From Gammaproteobacteria bacterium (GTDB taxonomy: Bacteria; Pseudomonadota; Gammaproteobacteria; Nevskiales; Nevskiaceae), in contig JACPFV010000003.1 in the NCBI GenBank assembly GCA_016182805.1, positions 16,285 to 80,284 of the forward strand: a stretch of DNA of 64,000 nt. Direction: 5' to 3'. The position numbers and the translations under genes were made by a program. Position 1 is the stretch's first letter. Each line of letters opens with the position of its first letter. The notes below the pieces were generated by a model, which saw only the letters and a program-made list of their open reading frames with translations, made no database searches and was not told the DNA's origin. This document shows positions 47,376 through 55,625 of the stretch, one piece after another.

Positions 47376-47584
47376 ATGGTCCGTGTTGTCGAAGCCGTGG
47401 TTGATGAAGCGGGACGAGTCCAGCTTGCAGAACCGGTGCGCATCAAAGGCAAACACCGCGCACTCGTAACCATCCTGGACGAGCCCCCCTCAACATGAAT
47501 GAACCGGTAATGCTCTCGGAAACGAGCCTTGCTGCGGATTGGGCGCGTCCGGAAGAGGACGAAGCATGGTCACACCTGCAGTAG
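47376..47584 (+). pseudogene. Frameshifted antitoxin of a MazEF/PemIK-like pair
   Basis: MVRVVEAVVDEAGRVQLAEPVRIKGKHRALVTILDEPP stops at 47496-47498. The conserved tail MNEPVMLSETSLAADWARPEEDEAWSHLQ continues in another frame. The switch is at a C6 run (47484-47489). Confidence 0.6.
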
Positions 47585-47915
47585 GCCAAGTCGTTCTTGT
47601 TACCTTCCCCTTTTCCGATCTTTCCTCCGCAAAACTTCGCCCTGCGTTGGTCGTGGCTGCCTCCGGACGCCAGGACTGGATCTGCGCTCAGATCACGAGC
47701 AACCCTTACGCCGATCCGTCGGCGTAAGGAATGCCATTGAAATCCGCGAGCAGGATTTTCGGGGCGGAACATTGTCACGCTTGAGCTTTGCGCGCCCTGG
47801 AAAGCTGTTTACCGCGCATGAATCTCTGTTTGCACGAAGCGTGGGCATCCTGACCGACGCCAAGTTCAGTGAGATTCGCGCAGCCATCGTATCCCTGGTG
47901 CAGAACGGCGCATGA
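47566..47915 (+). pseudogene. Frameshifted MazF/PemK-family toxin
   Basis: The N-terminal part MVTPAVGQVVLVTFPFSDLSSAKLRPALVV...QITSNPYADP stops at 47725. The C-terminal part AIEIREQDFRGGTLSRLSFARPGKLFTAHESL.. continues in the -1 frame. The start overlaps the antitoxin end. Confidence 0.7.
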
Positions 47916-47917
47916 AC

Positions 47918-47940
47918 CGGGGGCGCTGCTTGCGCCCCCG
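47918..47940. terminator. Strong GC hairpin between the mazF remnant and the flgE stop
   Basis: The arms cgggggcgc and gcgcccccg form a 9-bp perfect stem with a 5-nt loop. There is no clear T-run on either strand. Confidence 0.5.
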
Positions 47941-47955
47941 ATTCCTCAAGTGCCG

Positions 47956-49551
47956 TTACCGGATGTTGATGATGGTCTGCGTCACCTGGTCCGTGGTCTC
48001 GATCATCTTCGCGTTCGCCTGGAAGTTGCGCTGCGCGGCGATCATGCTGACCAACTGCTCGGTCAGGTCCACGTTGGAACCTTCCAGGCCGCCGGATACG
48101 ATCAGGCCCAGCGAGCCGGTGCCCGCGACACCGAAGGTCGGGTCGCCGGAGGCCACACTCTCGGTCCAGTTCGTATCGCCGGCCTGCTGCAAACCCTGCG
48201 GATTGCGGAAGTTGGCGATCGCCAGCTCGCCCAGCGCGATCGCCTGGCCGTTGCTGTAGCGCGCCTGCACGACGCCTTCCTGCGTGATCTCGAGGCCAGT
48301 CAGACGGCCGGAGGTGTAGCCGTTCTGGATCAGGTCGGTAACGGAGAACTGGCTGCCGAACTGGGTGGAGTCGGACAGGTCCAGCGTGAGATCGAGCGCC
48401 GAGCCGCCGCTGCCCAGGAAGGTCGAGGCGAAGGTCGGAAGCTGGATCAAGCCGTCGGTGGTCGTCCCGGAATCGTCGCTGGCGAACGCGCCGGACGAGT
48501 CGTAGGCGATGTTGCCCACAGGACCGGAGTCCGCCACCGTGACGGTCGTGCCGTCGGCGGGCGTCGCGCCTACGTACAGCTCCCAGCCGTAGACATCCGA
48601 GGCACCCGTCGTGCCGGTGGTGGTGTTGTAGATCGTGACAAGGCCGGTGCTCGCGTCGCGCGTGAAGAAGCCGGTCGCGTTCGGCGTTGCGCCCGGCACG
48701 CTGATCGTACCGTCGTAGGTTTCGTTCACCGTGTCGCCGTCAAGGTCCGCAGTGGTGCCCGCAGTGAACGTCAGCGTTGCCGTCAATAGCCGGTCGGGAT
48801 CGCGCGAGGTCGAGCCGCTCGGAGCCACCGTCGCCGCCGCGACGCTGAGCGTGGCGGAACTGGAGGTGGCGTCGAGGAACTCGCGGTTGTCGATCGTGGT
48901 GCGGATATCCCACTCGTTGCTGGTCGCCGTCTTGATGAAGAACAGCGACACCGAGTGCGGCACGCCCAGCGAGTCGAACGCCGTCACCGACGACGACTGG
49001 TTGTAGCTGTCCGGATCGGCCGGATCGAAGGTGGTGACGCTCGGCTCATCGGCGCTGGCCGGGAGGTTGAGGCCAACCTGGATCTCGGTCGTCGCCAGCG
49101 CCGGGCTGTCGGCGTTTGAGATGCGCAGATCGTCCTGGGCGCCCTGGTTGAACAGGCCGTTGCTGGCCGCCGGATAGACCTGCAGGCGCTGGCTCTGCGC
49201 GTTGACGACATAACCGTCCGAGTCGGCATGGAACGCGCCGGCGCGGGTGAACAGGGTCTGGCCGTTGGGCGCTTCCAGCGTGAAAAAGCCCTGCCCGGAT
49301 ATCGCCAGGTCCAGGCTGTTGTCGGTGAACTCGATGCTGCCCTGCGTGAACTGCTGGGCGATCTGCGTCAGGCGCACGCCGCTGCCGGGCGTGGTCGCGC
49401 CGACGCCGAAGGTGGACGCCGCGTAGATGTCGGCAAACTCGGAGCGCGAGCCCTTGAATCCGGTCGTGGCGACGTTGGCGATGTTGTGCGCCGTGACGCT
49501 CAGATCGGACGAGGCCGCATTCAAACCGCTCAATGCAACTCGAAACGACAT
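47956..49551 (-). CDS. flgE: Flagellar hook protein (long form, 531 aa)
   Basis: The N-terminal block LSGLNAASSDLSVTAHNIANVATTGFK and the C-terminal block EGSNVDLTEQLVSMIAAQRNFQANAK are present. The central region is large and rich in T, S, G and D. Confidence 0.95.
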   Translation of the reverse strand: MSFRVALSGLNAASSDLSVTAHNIANVATTGFKGSRSEFADIYAASTFGVGATTPGSGVRLTQIAQQFTQGSIEFTDNSLDLAISGQGFFTLEAPNGQTLFTRAGAFHADSDGYVVNAQSQRLQVYPAASNGLFNQGAQDDLRISNADSPALATTEIQVGLNLPASADEPSVTTFDPADPDSYNQSSSVTAFDSLGVPHSVSLFFIKTATSNEWDIRTTIDNREFLDATSSSATLSVAAATVAPSGSTSRDPDRLLTATLTFTAGTTADLDGDTVNETYDGTISVPGATPNATGFFTRDASTGLVTIYNTTTGTTGASDVYGWELYVGATPADGTTVTVADSGPVGNIAYDSSGAFASDDSGTTTDGLIQLPTFASTFLGSGGSALDLTLDLSDSTQFGSQFSVTDLIQNGYTSGRLTGLEITQEGVVQARYSNGQAIALGELAIANFRNPQGLQQAGDTNWTESVASGDPTFGVAGTGSLGLIVSGGLEGSNVDLTEQLVSMIAAQRNFQANAKMIETTDQVTQTIINIR

Positions 49552-49561
49552 AAAGACCTCC

Positions 49562-50227
49562 TTACATGATCTGCCGGACCTGATTCAGCGAGACGGGGCC
49601 CAGGCCGGCCAGGTTGAGGACAAGGCCGGATGCCCCGCCCATGGAAACCGTATCCACGCGCGCCGCGACCAGGGTCGTGACGGCCGTCTGCTTGCCGTCT
49701 TGCACGGTTCGTGCCCGCAGCGTGTACGAGCCGGGCGCGGCGCGGTTGCCGTAGGCGTCCACGCCGTCCCAGCCGAAATGCGAAAGCCCTTCGGGTTGCG
49801 GCCCCAGGTGCAGCGTGCGCACGGTCTGCCCGGCGGCGTTCTGCACCTCGACCGTCACGTCGCCCGCGCTGGCGGGCAGGTCGATGGCGGCGACGATGCC
49901 TCCGTCCGCCTGAAGTTCGGCGCGGTCGCCCTGAGCCAGCGCATAGCGGCCCAGCAGCGAGGCGCCCTGCAGCGCCTGGCTGGCCTGCATGGCCTCCGAC
50001 AGGCTGCCGAAGGAATTCCGCATCTCCTGCACGCCGTCGACCATCGTGAACTGCGCGAGCTGGGCGATGAAGTCGGTGTTCTCCATCGGCTTGAGCGGGT
50101 CCTGGTTCTTGAGCTGCGTGACCAGCAGCGTCATGAAGTCGTCCCGGCCCATCTCCTCTTTCTTGGCTTCGGGCTTCGCCCCAAGGCCGAGCCGTTCGAA
50201 GGGATTCACTGCGCTGGCGATGGACAT
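49562..50227 (-). CDS. flgD: Flagellar hook capping/assembly protein
   Basis: The block DFMTLLVTQLKNQDPLKPM and a C-terminal FlgD Ig-like region are present. Confidence 0.95.
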   Translation of the reverse strand: MSIASAVNPFERLGLGAKPEAKKEEMGRDDFMTLLVTQLKNQDPLKPMENTDFIAQLAQFTMVDGVQEMRNSFGSLSEAMQASQALQGASLLGRYALAQGDRAELQADGGIVAAIDLPASAGDVTVEVQNAAGQTVRTLHLGPQPEGLSHFGWDGVDAYGNRAAPGSYTLRARTVQDGKQTAVTTLVAARVDTVSMGGASGLVLNLAGLGPVSLNQVRQIM

Positions 50228-50229
50228 GG

Positions 50230-50634
50230 CTATTTGCCGAGGTTGATCGTGCGCAGCATCAGATCCTTGGACGTGCTCAGGACCTCGACGCTGCTCTGGT
50301 AGGAGCGGGCCGCGGAGATCATGTTGACCATCTCCTCCACGGGGTTGACGCTGGGCGCGTAGACGTAGCCCTGCGCGTCGGCGAGCGGGTGGCCCGGCTC
50401 GTAGCGCTTTTCCGGCGCGGTCTCGCTTTCCACGATCCCGGCGATGCCGACCGCGGCCTGGCCGGGACCGCCGACCTCGACCGTCTGGAACACCGGCATG
50501 CGCGGCTTGTAGACCTTGGTCGGGTCGCCGCTGAGCGAGTCGGCGTTGGCGAGGTTGCTCGCCACCGTGTTCAGGCGGGTGGACTGCGCGGCCATCGCCG
50601 AGCCGGCGATGTCGAAGATGCGGAAGTCGGACAT
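50230..50634 (-). CDS. flgC: Flagellar basal-body rod protein
   Basis: The blocks LNTVASNLANADS and VNPVEEMVNMISAARSYQ are present. Confidence 0.95.
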   Translation of the reverse strand: MSDFRIFDIAGSAMAAQSTRLNTVASNLANADSLSGDPTKVYKPRMPVFQTVEVGGPGQAAVGIAGIVESETAPEKRYEPGHPLADAQGYVYAPSVNPVEEMVNMISAARSYQSSVEVLSTSKDLMLRTINLGK

Positions 50635-50646
50635 GCGTCAGCCCTC

Positions 50647-51048
50647 CTACTCGCCGCGGATCGCCAGCAGCAGGCCTTCCAGCCGCCGCTCGATGAACGA
50701 CAGGCTGGCCTGGTACTGCAAGGCGTTCTCGGCGAAAGCCGCCTGCTCCTGCGGCACCTCGACCGTGTTGCCGTCGGTGCTGGGTTGCAGCGGGATGCGG
50801 TAGACCAGGCCCGGCGCGCCGCCCGCCGTAGCGGCCACGGCCACATGCGTGGGATTCGTGCGCGCGGTGGACAGGTTGAAGCCGGCGGAGCTGGCGGCCT
50901 GCTCCAGGGCGGACTTGAAGTCCAGCTCGCGCGCCTTGAAGTTCGGCGTGTCCGCGTTGGCCAGATTGGACGCGAGCACCTCCATCCGCTGCGAGCGCAG
51001 CTTGAGGGCATCGGCGTGGATGCCGAACAGCGGGTCCAAATTGGCCAT
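50647..51048 (-). CDS. flgB: Flagellar basal-body rod protein
   Basis: The block MEVLASNLANADTPNFKA is present. The RBS ggagg lies 6 nt upstream of the ATG. Confidence 0.95.
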   Translation of the reverse strand: MANLDPLFGIHADALKLRSQRMEVLASNLANADTPNFKARELDFKSALEQAASSAGFNLSTARTNPTHVAVAATAGGAPGLVYRIPLQPSTDGNTVEVPQEQAAFAENALQYQASLSFIERRLEGLLLAIRGE

Positions 51049-51085
51049 CGCGGGCCTCCGGGCAAGAGAATCCGACCCGGTTCAG

Positions 51086-51100
51086 GCAAGGCCTATGCCA
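51086..51100 (-). promoter_or_regulatory. Sigma54 promoter for flgBCDE
   Basis: The minus strand reads TGGCAT-aggcc-TTGC with exact GG-N10-GC spacing. It lies ~38 nt upstream of the flgB ATG. Confidence 0.6.
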
Positions 51101-51121
51101 CGGCTGGAATCACCCTTGAAT

Positions 51122-51140
51122 CCGCGCCCTTGCGGCGCGG
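51122..51140 (-). terminator. Hairpin after cheV
   Basis: The arms ccgcgcc and ggcgcgg form a 7-bp stem just downstream of the cheV stop. The T-run is weak. Confidence 0.35.
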
Positions 51141-51147
51141 GCGGCGG

Positions 51148-52080
51148 TCAGGAAACTTCGGCGGCGATCTGGCCCAGACGATCCATGATGCCCGTCGCCA
51201 ACTCGTCCGGATTGTACTTTGCAATGAAGCGGTTAGCGCCGACTTTCTCGACCATGGCATTGTTGAAGACGCCGGACAGCGAGGTGTGCAGGAGCACGTA
51301 CAGATCGCGCAGGCGCGCGTCGCGTCGGATTTCCGTCGTCAGGGTGTAGCCGTCCATGTCGGGCATCTCGATGTCCGAGATCACCATGGCCAGTTGCTCG
51401 TGTGCGGGCGCGCGCTCGGCGATGCCCTGCAGGTAGTTCAGCGCCTCGCGCCCGTCGCGCGCCAGCACCGACTCGATGCCGAGCTGGGTCAGCACGCGCT
51501 CGATCTGCGCGCGCGCCACCCGCGAGTCGTCCACCACCAGTACGCGCAACGGCACCCCGCCCTTGCGCGCGCGCTTGAGCAGTTCCGTGGAAATGTCGCG
51601 CGGGCCGCCGGTGACGTCCGACAGCACCTGCTCGACGTCGATGATCTGCACCAGCGCCTCGCCGTAGCGGGTGATCGCGGTGAGATATCCGCCCTTGCCG
51701 CCGCCGCTGGGCGGCGGCTGCACCGTGTCCACGCCGACGTTGATGATGCGCTCGACCAGATTGACCAGGAAGCCCTGCACCGAGCGGTTGAACTCGGTGA
51801 CGATCACGTAGCCGCCCTGGGCCGGCGCCGGCTCGCCGCCGATCGCCTTGGCCAGGTCCAGGATCGGGATGGTCTGGTCGCGGATGTGTGCCACCCCGAC
51901 CACCATCGGATGCGCGTGCGGCATCCAGGTCACGGTCGGGCGCTGCATCACCTCCTGCACCTTGAACACGTTGATGCCGTACAACTGGCGCCCGGCGAGC
52001 CGGAACAGCAGCAACGCCAGCCGGTTGTGGCCGGCCAGGCGGGTCTGCTGATCGATGCTCTGGAGTAGACCTTGACTCAT
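51148..52080 (-). CDS. cheV: CheW-receiver hybrid coupling protein
   Basis: An N-terminal CheW-like domain is joined to a C-terminal receiver domain (VLVVDDS...SDIEMPDMDG...K). Confidence 0.9.
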   Translation of the reverse strand: MSQGLLQSIDQQTRLAGHNRLALLLFRLAGRQLYGINVFKVQEVMQRPTVTWMPHAHPMVVGVAHIRDQTIPILDLAKAIGGEPAPAQGGYVIVTEFNRSVQGFLVNLVERIINVGVDTVQPPPSGGGKGGYLTAITRYGEALVQIIDVEQVLSDVTGGPRDISTELLKRARKGGVPLRVLVVDDSRVARAQIERVLTQLGIESVLARDGREALNYLQGIAERAPAHEQLAMVISDIEMPDMDGYTLTTEIRRDARLRDLYVLLHTSLSGVFNNAMVEKVGANRFIAKYNPDELATGIMDRLGQIAAEVS

Positions 52081-52104
52081 GCACGCCCTTCAATTGACGC
52101 AGTA

Positions 52105-52131
52105 GTATCGGCATCCGGGAAGAAAGCTTGA
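52105..52131 (-). promoter_or_regulatory. Sigma28 (FliA) promoter for cheV
   Basis: The minus strand reads TCAA-N15-GCCGATAC, against the consensus TAAA-N15-GCCGATAA. It lies ~25 nt upstream of the ATG. Confidence 0.55.
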
Positions 52132-52151
52132 CGCCGTGCCGGCCCCATCCC

Positions 52152-52166
52152 TGGCACACGCCTTGC
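52152..52166 (+). promoter_or_regulatory. Sigma54 promoter for the MCP-like gene and flgA
   Basis: The sequence TGGCAC-acgcc-TTGC is a full consensus match. It lies inside the 5' part of the listed 52128 ORF, which argues for the downstream GTG start. Confidence 0.65.
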
Positions 52167-52208
52167 CTTTCTCCCCTTGGACATCATCGACTTATCGCCG
52201 AGGACACC

Positions 52209-53192
52209 GTGGTGGCAACGCCTTTGCTGCATACCGGACACACCCTGGCCCTGCTGCGCGCGGCGCTGGACGGCGACCGCGACCGGCTGGCGGCGCTGCG
52301 GCGCACCCACCGACTGAGCGCGGGCGCCCTCGCCCTCGTGCTGGATCAGCTGAGCCGGGCGCGAGAGCATAGCGCCGATGGCCAGCGCCAGGCGATGCAG
52401 TCGCGCGCCAGCCTCGACGCGCTGTCGGCCGCCGTGCAGGCCGCGCAGACCGAAGGCGGCAGCCTGCAAGTCCGCCTGGCGGAGGCGTCGCGCCAGGCCA
52501 GCGTCGCGCAGGCCAGCGCGCAGGACATCGCGCGCCAGTCCGAGCAGGCGGCAACCATGGCCGAGAGCTGCGCGGAAAAGGCCGACGAGAGCGAGCAGAG
52601 CCTGCATACGCTGGACGGCGATCTCGCCGGCGCGGTGCAGGCCGTGCACAACGGCGTGCAGGGCCTGGAGCAGCTCCAGACCTTCTCGCAGGACATCGGC
52701 AAGTTCACCGGCATCGTCAAGGACATCGCGCGCCAGACCAACCTGCTGGCGCTCAACGCGGCGATTGAGGCGGCGCGCGCCGGCGAGGCCGGCCGCGGCT
52801 TCGCGGTGGTCGCCGACGAGGTCAAGCAGCTGGCCGACAAGACTTCGCAGGCGACCAGCGAGATCGAGCGCGTCACCGCCGCGCTGGCGCAGTTCTCCGA
52901 ACAGCTCGGCGGCGCGGTGGACGTGCTGATGAAGCACCTGTCGCACGGCCGCAGCGTCACCCAGACCGCCACCGCCTCGGTCAACACCCTGGGCGGCACC
53001 GCGCGCGAGCTGGCCCGCCAGGGCCGCGGCCTTGCCGAGCTGGGCAAGCGCCAGGAATCCGCCGCGCGCGCTGCCGGCGCCGCGGTGGAGGATTCCACCC
53101 GCGGCCTGCGCGCGCAGGTCGACCGCTTGAACGAGATCGCCGCCGCGGTGCGCGGCCCCTCGTCTTCGGGCGGCAACGGTTCGGCCGCGTGA
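52209..53192 (+). CDS. Soluble methyl-accepting-chemotaxis signalling-domain protein (no TM, no HAMP)
   Basis: The highly conserved MCP tip [37 protein letters not shown] is present and there is no hydrophobic segment. I chose GTG 52209 (behind gagga, downstream of the sigma54 motif); the start is uncertain. The stop overlaps the flgA GTG (GTGA). Confidence 0.8.
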   Translation: MVATPLLHTGHTLALLRAALDGDRDRLAALRRTHRLSAGALALVLDQLSRAREHSADGQRQAMQSRASLDALSAAVQAAQTEGGSLQVRLAEASRQASVAQASAQDIARQSEQAATMAESCAEKADESEQSLHTLDGDLAGAVQAVHNGVQGLEQLQTFSQDIGKFTGIVKDIARQTNLLALNAAIEAARAGEAGRGFAVVADEVKQLADKTSQATSEIERVTAALAQFSEQLGGAVDVLMKHLSHGRSVTQTATASVNTLGGTARELARQGRGLAELGKRQESAARAAGAAVEDSTRGLRAQVDRLNEIAAAVRGPSSSGGNGSAA

Positions 53193-53866
53193 AAGCCCTG
53201 CTGGCCGGCGCACTGCTGGCCGCGGCGGGCGTCGCGGCGGCCGATGGCACGTGGGAGGCCCCCGAACGCCTGCGCCAGGCCGTCGAGCGGCATGCGCGGG
53301 CGCAGGCGCCGGCCGGCGCGCAGGTGCAGGTCGCGCTGGACCCCAATCTGCAATTGCCGCGCTGCGGCGCGGAGCCCGCGGTCGAAACCGGCGCCGGCAG
53401 CGCGCGCGGCGCCTACACCGCGACGCTGAGCTGCACAGGGCCCAGCCCGTGGAAGCTGTATGTGCCGGTACGCGTGCTGGCGTATGCCGAGGTACTGGTG
53501 GTGGCGCGGCCGCTGCCGCGCGGGCATGCCCTTTCCGCCGACTCGGTGCGCGCCGAGCGGCGCGAGCTGGGCAGCCTGCCGCTGGGCTATTTCACCGACC
53601 TGGCCGCCGCCCAGGGCATGACCCTGCGCCGCGCGCTGGCGCCCGGCATGGTCCTGAGCCCGGGCGACGTGCAGGCCGCCGCCATGGTCAGCCGCGGCCA
53701 GCAGGTCACGCTGCTGGTCCGCGGGGAAGCCATGGAGATCCGCGCCCAGGGCAAGGCGCTGGCGGAAGGTGCGCTGAACCAGCGCATTCCCGTGCAAAAT
53801 CTAAGCTCTCGGCGCGTGGTGGAAGGTGTGGTACGATCTGCCGGAGTGGTCGAGGTGGCATTCTGA
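53189..53866 (+). CDS. flgA: Flagellar P-ring assembly chaperone
   Basis: A signal peptide and a C-terminal SAF-like block ([33 protein letters not shown]) are present. Confidence 0.9.
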   Translation: MKALLAGALLAAAGVAAADGTWEAPERLRQAVERHARAQAPAGAQVQVALDPNLQLPRCGAEPAVETGAGSARGAYTATLSCTGPSPWKLYVPVRVLAYAEVLVVARPLPRGHALSADSVRAERRELGSLPLGYFTDLAAAQGMTLRRALAPGMVLSPGDVQAAAMVSRGQQVTLLVRGEAMEIRAQGKALAEGALNQRIPVQNLSSRRVVEGVVRSAGVVEVAF

Positions 53867-53879
53867 TGACGCGGCGCAT

Positions 53880-53906
53880 TAAAGATTGCCGCGTCGCGGC
53901 CGATAT
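53880..53906 (+). promoter_or_regulatory. Sigma28 (FliA) promoter for flgMN
   Basis: The sequence is TAAA-N15-GCCGATAT, 40 nt upstream of the flgM GTG. It lies after the flgA stop. Confidence 0.7.
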
Positions 53907-53945
53907 AAGTCGCGTAACCCCTTGATACCACGGAGGGTGCGCCAA

Positions 53946-54254
53946 GTGACTCAAAAGATTGACGGAATCGGACCGGGCACCGCCCGGACCGTAGGCGGGC
54001 CCGGCACCGGGCCGCGCCGGTCTTCGTCCGCCGACAAGCCGGTGAACGCCGTCAATGCCGCCGACTCCGTGCGTCTGACGGACAGCGCCGAGCAGTTGCG
54101 GGCGCTGGAACAACAGTTGGCCGAAGTGCCGGTCGTGGACTCCAAGCGAGTACAGGAGGTACGCCAGGAATTAGCCGAGGGCCGTTACCAGGTGAACGCG
54201 GAAACCATCGCCCGCAAGCTCCTCCAAACAGAGCGCGAGCTGTCCAGGCCATGA
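53946..54254 (+). CDS. flgM: Anti-sigma-28 factor
   Basis: The C-terminal FlgM block VPVVDSKRVQEVRQELAEGRYQVNAETIARKLL is present. GTG 53946 lies 8 nt after ggaggg. I rejected the earlier ATG 53886 because it precedes the promoter. Confidence 0.85.
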   Translation: MTQKIDGIGPGTARTVGGPGTGPRRSSSADKPVNAVNAADSVRLTDSAEQLRALEQQLAEVPVVDSKRVQEVRQELAEGRYQVNAETIARKLLQTERELSRP

Positions 54255-54676
54255 ACCCCGCGGCCGCGACGCTCGAAGCGATCCTGCAAGGCGAAGCCGC
54301 CTGCGCGGAGACGTTGCTGGCCACGCTCAACGACGAGCACGCGGCGCTGCTCGCCAACGACGTCGAGCGCCTGCGCGGCGCCACCGACGCCAAGCTGCAA
54401 GCACTGAAGCGGGTGGAAGCCTGCGGCCGGCAGCGCGAAGCGCTGCTCGGCGGCCGGACTCCGCCGCCGGAATCCGCTGCGGGCCGCCTGTGGGAGAAGC
54501 TGCTGGACGTGGCCACCCGCTGCCGCGACCGGAACCAGGCCAATGCCGCCTTGCTCGACGCCCGCCGCGCGCGCACGCTGTGGGCGCTGCGGTATCTGGG
54601 CGTCACCACTCCCCTGTACGGCCGATACGGGCAGACCCCGAGCGTCACGACACAGCGCGTCCTCGCACGCGCGTAG
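54251..54676 (+). CDS. flgN: Flagellar export chaperone FlgN family
   Basis: The protein is ~140 aa and helical, with the pattern LL..L..E...L. It overlaps flgM (ATGA). Confidence 0.8.
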   Translation: MNPAAATLEAILQGEAACAETLLATLNDEHAALLANDVERLRGATDAKLQALKRVEACGRQREALLGGRTPPPESAAGRLWEKLLDVATRCRDRNQANAALLDARRARTLWALRYLGVTTPLYGRYGQTPSVTTQRVLARA

Positions 54677-54696
54677 CCTCGCTCCGCGGTACGCTC

Positions 54697-55431
54697 ATGT
54701 CCCCACCGGCAACCCCGGCGAACGGGATGGACGATTTTCTGGTTTCGAATCCGGCGCAGATCGCGTATCTGCTGGCGCGCCTGCGCGCCGGGCACAGCCT
54801 GCTGAACGTCCGCCCGGCCGGCAGCGGCGAGACCTACTCCAGCATGCTGCTGGACATCGACGCCGGCCGCCACGGCTGGATCACGCTCGATCAGCTGTAC
54901 CCGCCGGCCGGCCACCGCCTGGTGCAGCCGGGAACGCTGTTGCGGATCTCCGGGCGCGTGGACGGCGTGGACGCCTACTGGCACGGCCGCGTCGACCGCA
55001 TCGAGCAGGCCGAGCGCGGCGCGGTCTACCGGACGACCTGGCCCTCGGTCATGGAATACCGCGAGCGGCGCGCGGTGTTCCGCATCGCGGTCCCGCCCGG
55101 CGTGCATATCCCGCCCAGCGTGTTCCGCACCAACGACGACATCTTCAAGGCGCAGCTGCTCGACCTCTCCACGCTGGGCCTGGGCGCCCTGGCCATCGAC
55201 CCCTGCTCCCTGTCGGTCGGCGACCAGCTGCGCTGCACGCTGGTGCTGCCGGACGAGAAGCACCTGTCAGTGAACCTCCAGGTGCGCTCGGTTCGCAGCA
55301 CCCACAGCCGGCTGCGCTTCGGCGCGCTGTTCCTCGACCCCACGACGGAGCAGCAGCAAGTCATCGGCCGCACCGTGGCCGCCCTGCAACGGCACTGGAT
55401 CCAGCAGGTCGGGCATCGCCGCGTGGCGTAG
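54697..55431 (+). CDS. ycgR: YcgR/FlgZ-type flagellar brake (PilZN + PilZ)
   Basis: The c-di-GMP binding motifs RRxxxR (RRAVFR) and DxSxxG (DLSTLG) are present. The position after flgMN matches Pseudomonas flgZ. Confidence 0.85.
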   Translation: MSPPATPANGMDDFLVSNPAQIAYLLARLRAGHSLLNVRPAGSGETYSSMLLDIDAGRHGWITLDQLYPPAGHRLVQPGTLLRISGRVDGVDAYWHGRVDRIEQAERGAVYRTTWPSVMEYRERRAVFRIAVPPGVHIPPSVFRTNDDIFKAQLLDLSTLGLGALAIDPCSLSVGDQLRCTLVLPDEKHLSVNLQVRSVRSTHSRLRFGALFLDPTTEQQQVIGRTVAALQRHWIQQVGHRRVA

Positions 55432-55560
55432 CCGGAACAGATCCCTGTAGAGCATTGCTACTCGTGCGCGGCATGCGCGCGCGGCGCCGCTAACATGAAC
55501 TCGGCGGTCGCAGTCGGGTCATAGGGGCCTTTCCGCCGCCGGACTTCACGAGGGTGAAAC

Positions 55561-55587
55561 TCAAAATCTTCCACCGCACGCCGACAT
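55561..55587 (+). promoter_or_regulatory. Sigma28-like promoter upstream of the GGEKF protein
   Basis: The sequence is TCAA-N15-GCCGACAT, with the same -35 variant as the cheV promoter and one extra -10 mismatch. It lies ~40 nt upstream of ATG 55626. Confidence 0.4.
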
Positions 55588-55625
55588 TCCGTACACACGG
55601 AAGTCCTGCATTCCGGAGGCTCGCC

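Noticed and set aside
47258-47778. Minus-strand ORFs of 64-111 aa in the TA islet (47258-47473, 47262-47456 and 47443-47778).
   Set aside because: They lie antisense to the recognisable MazEF-like remnants, show no motifs and have poor codon bias.
46622-47940. The TA islet considered as a mobile element with its own recombinase.
   Set aside because: No integrase, transposase or tRNA target is visible. Only inverted end motifs are present, so I did not call it a mobile_element feature.
52128-52208. The ATG 52128 start for the MCP-like gene. The same applies to ATG 53886 for flgM and GTG 55554 for the GGEKF protein.
   Set aside because: Each upstream extension contains the promoter element I assign to the gene and lacks an SD. 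The downstream starts have GGAGG-type SD sites.
54603-54628. A sigma28 promoter upstream of ycgR (GCCGATAC at 54621).
   Set aside because: The -10 box is good, but the -35 is only GTCA/TCAC with ambiguous 14-15-nt spacing. I did not list it as a feature and mention it only in a finding.
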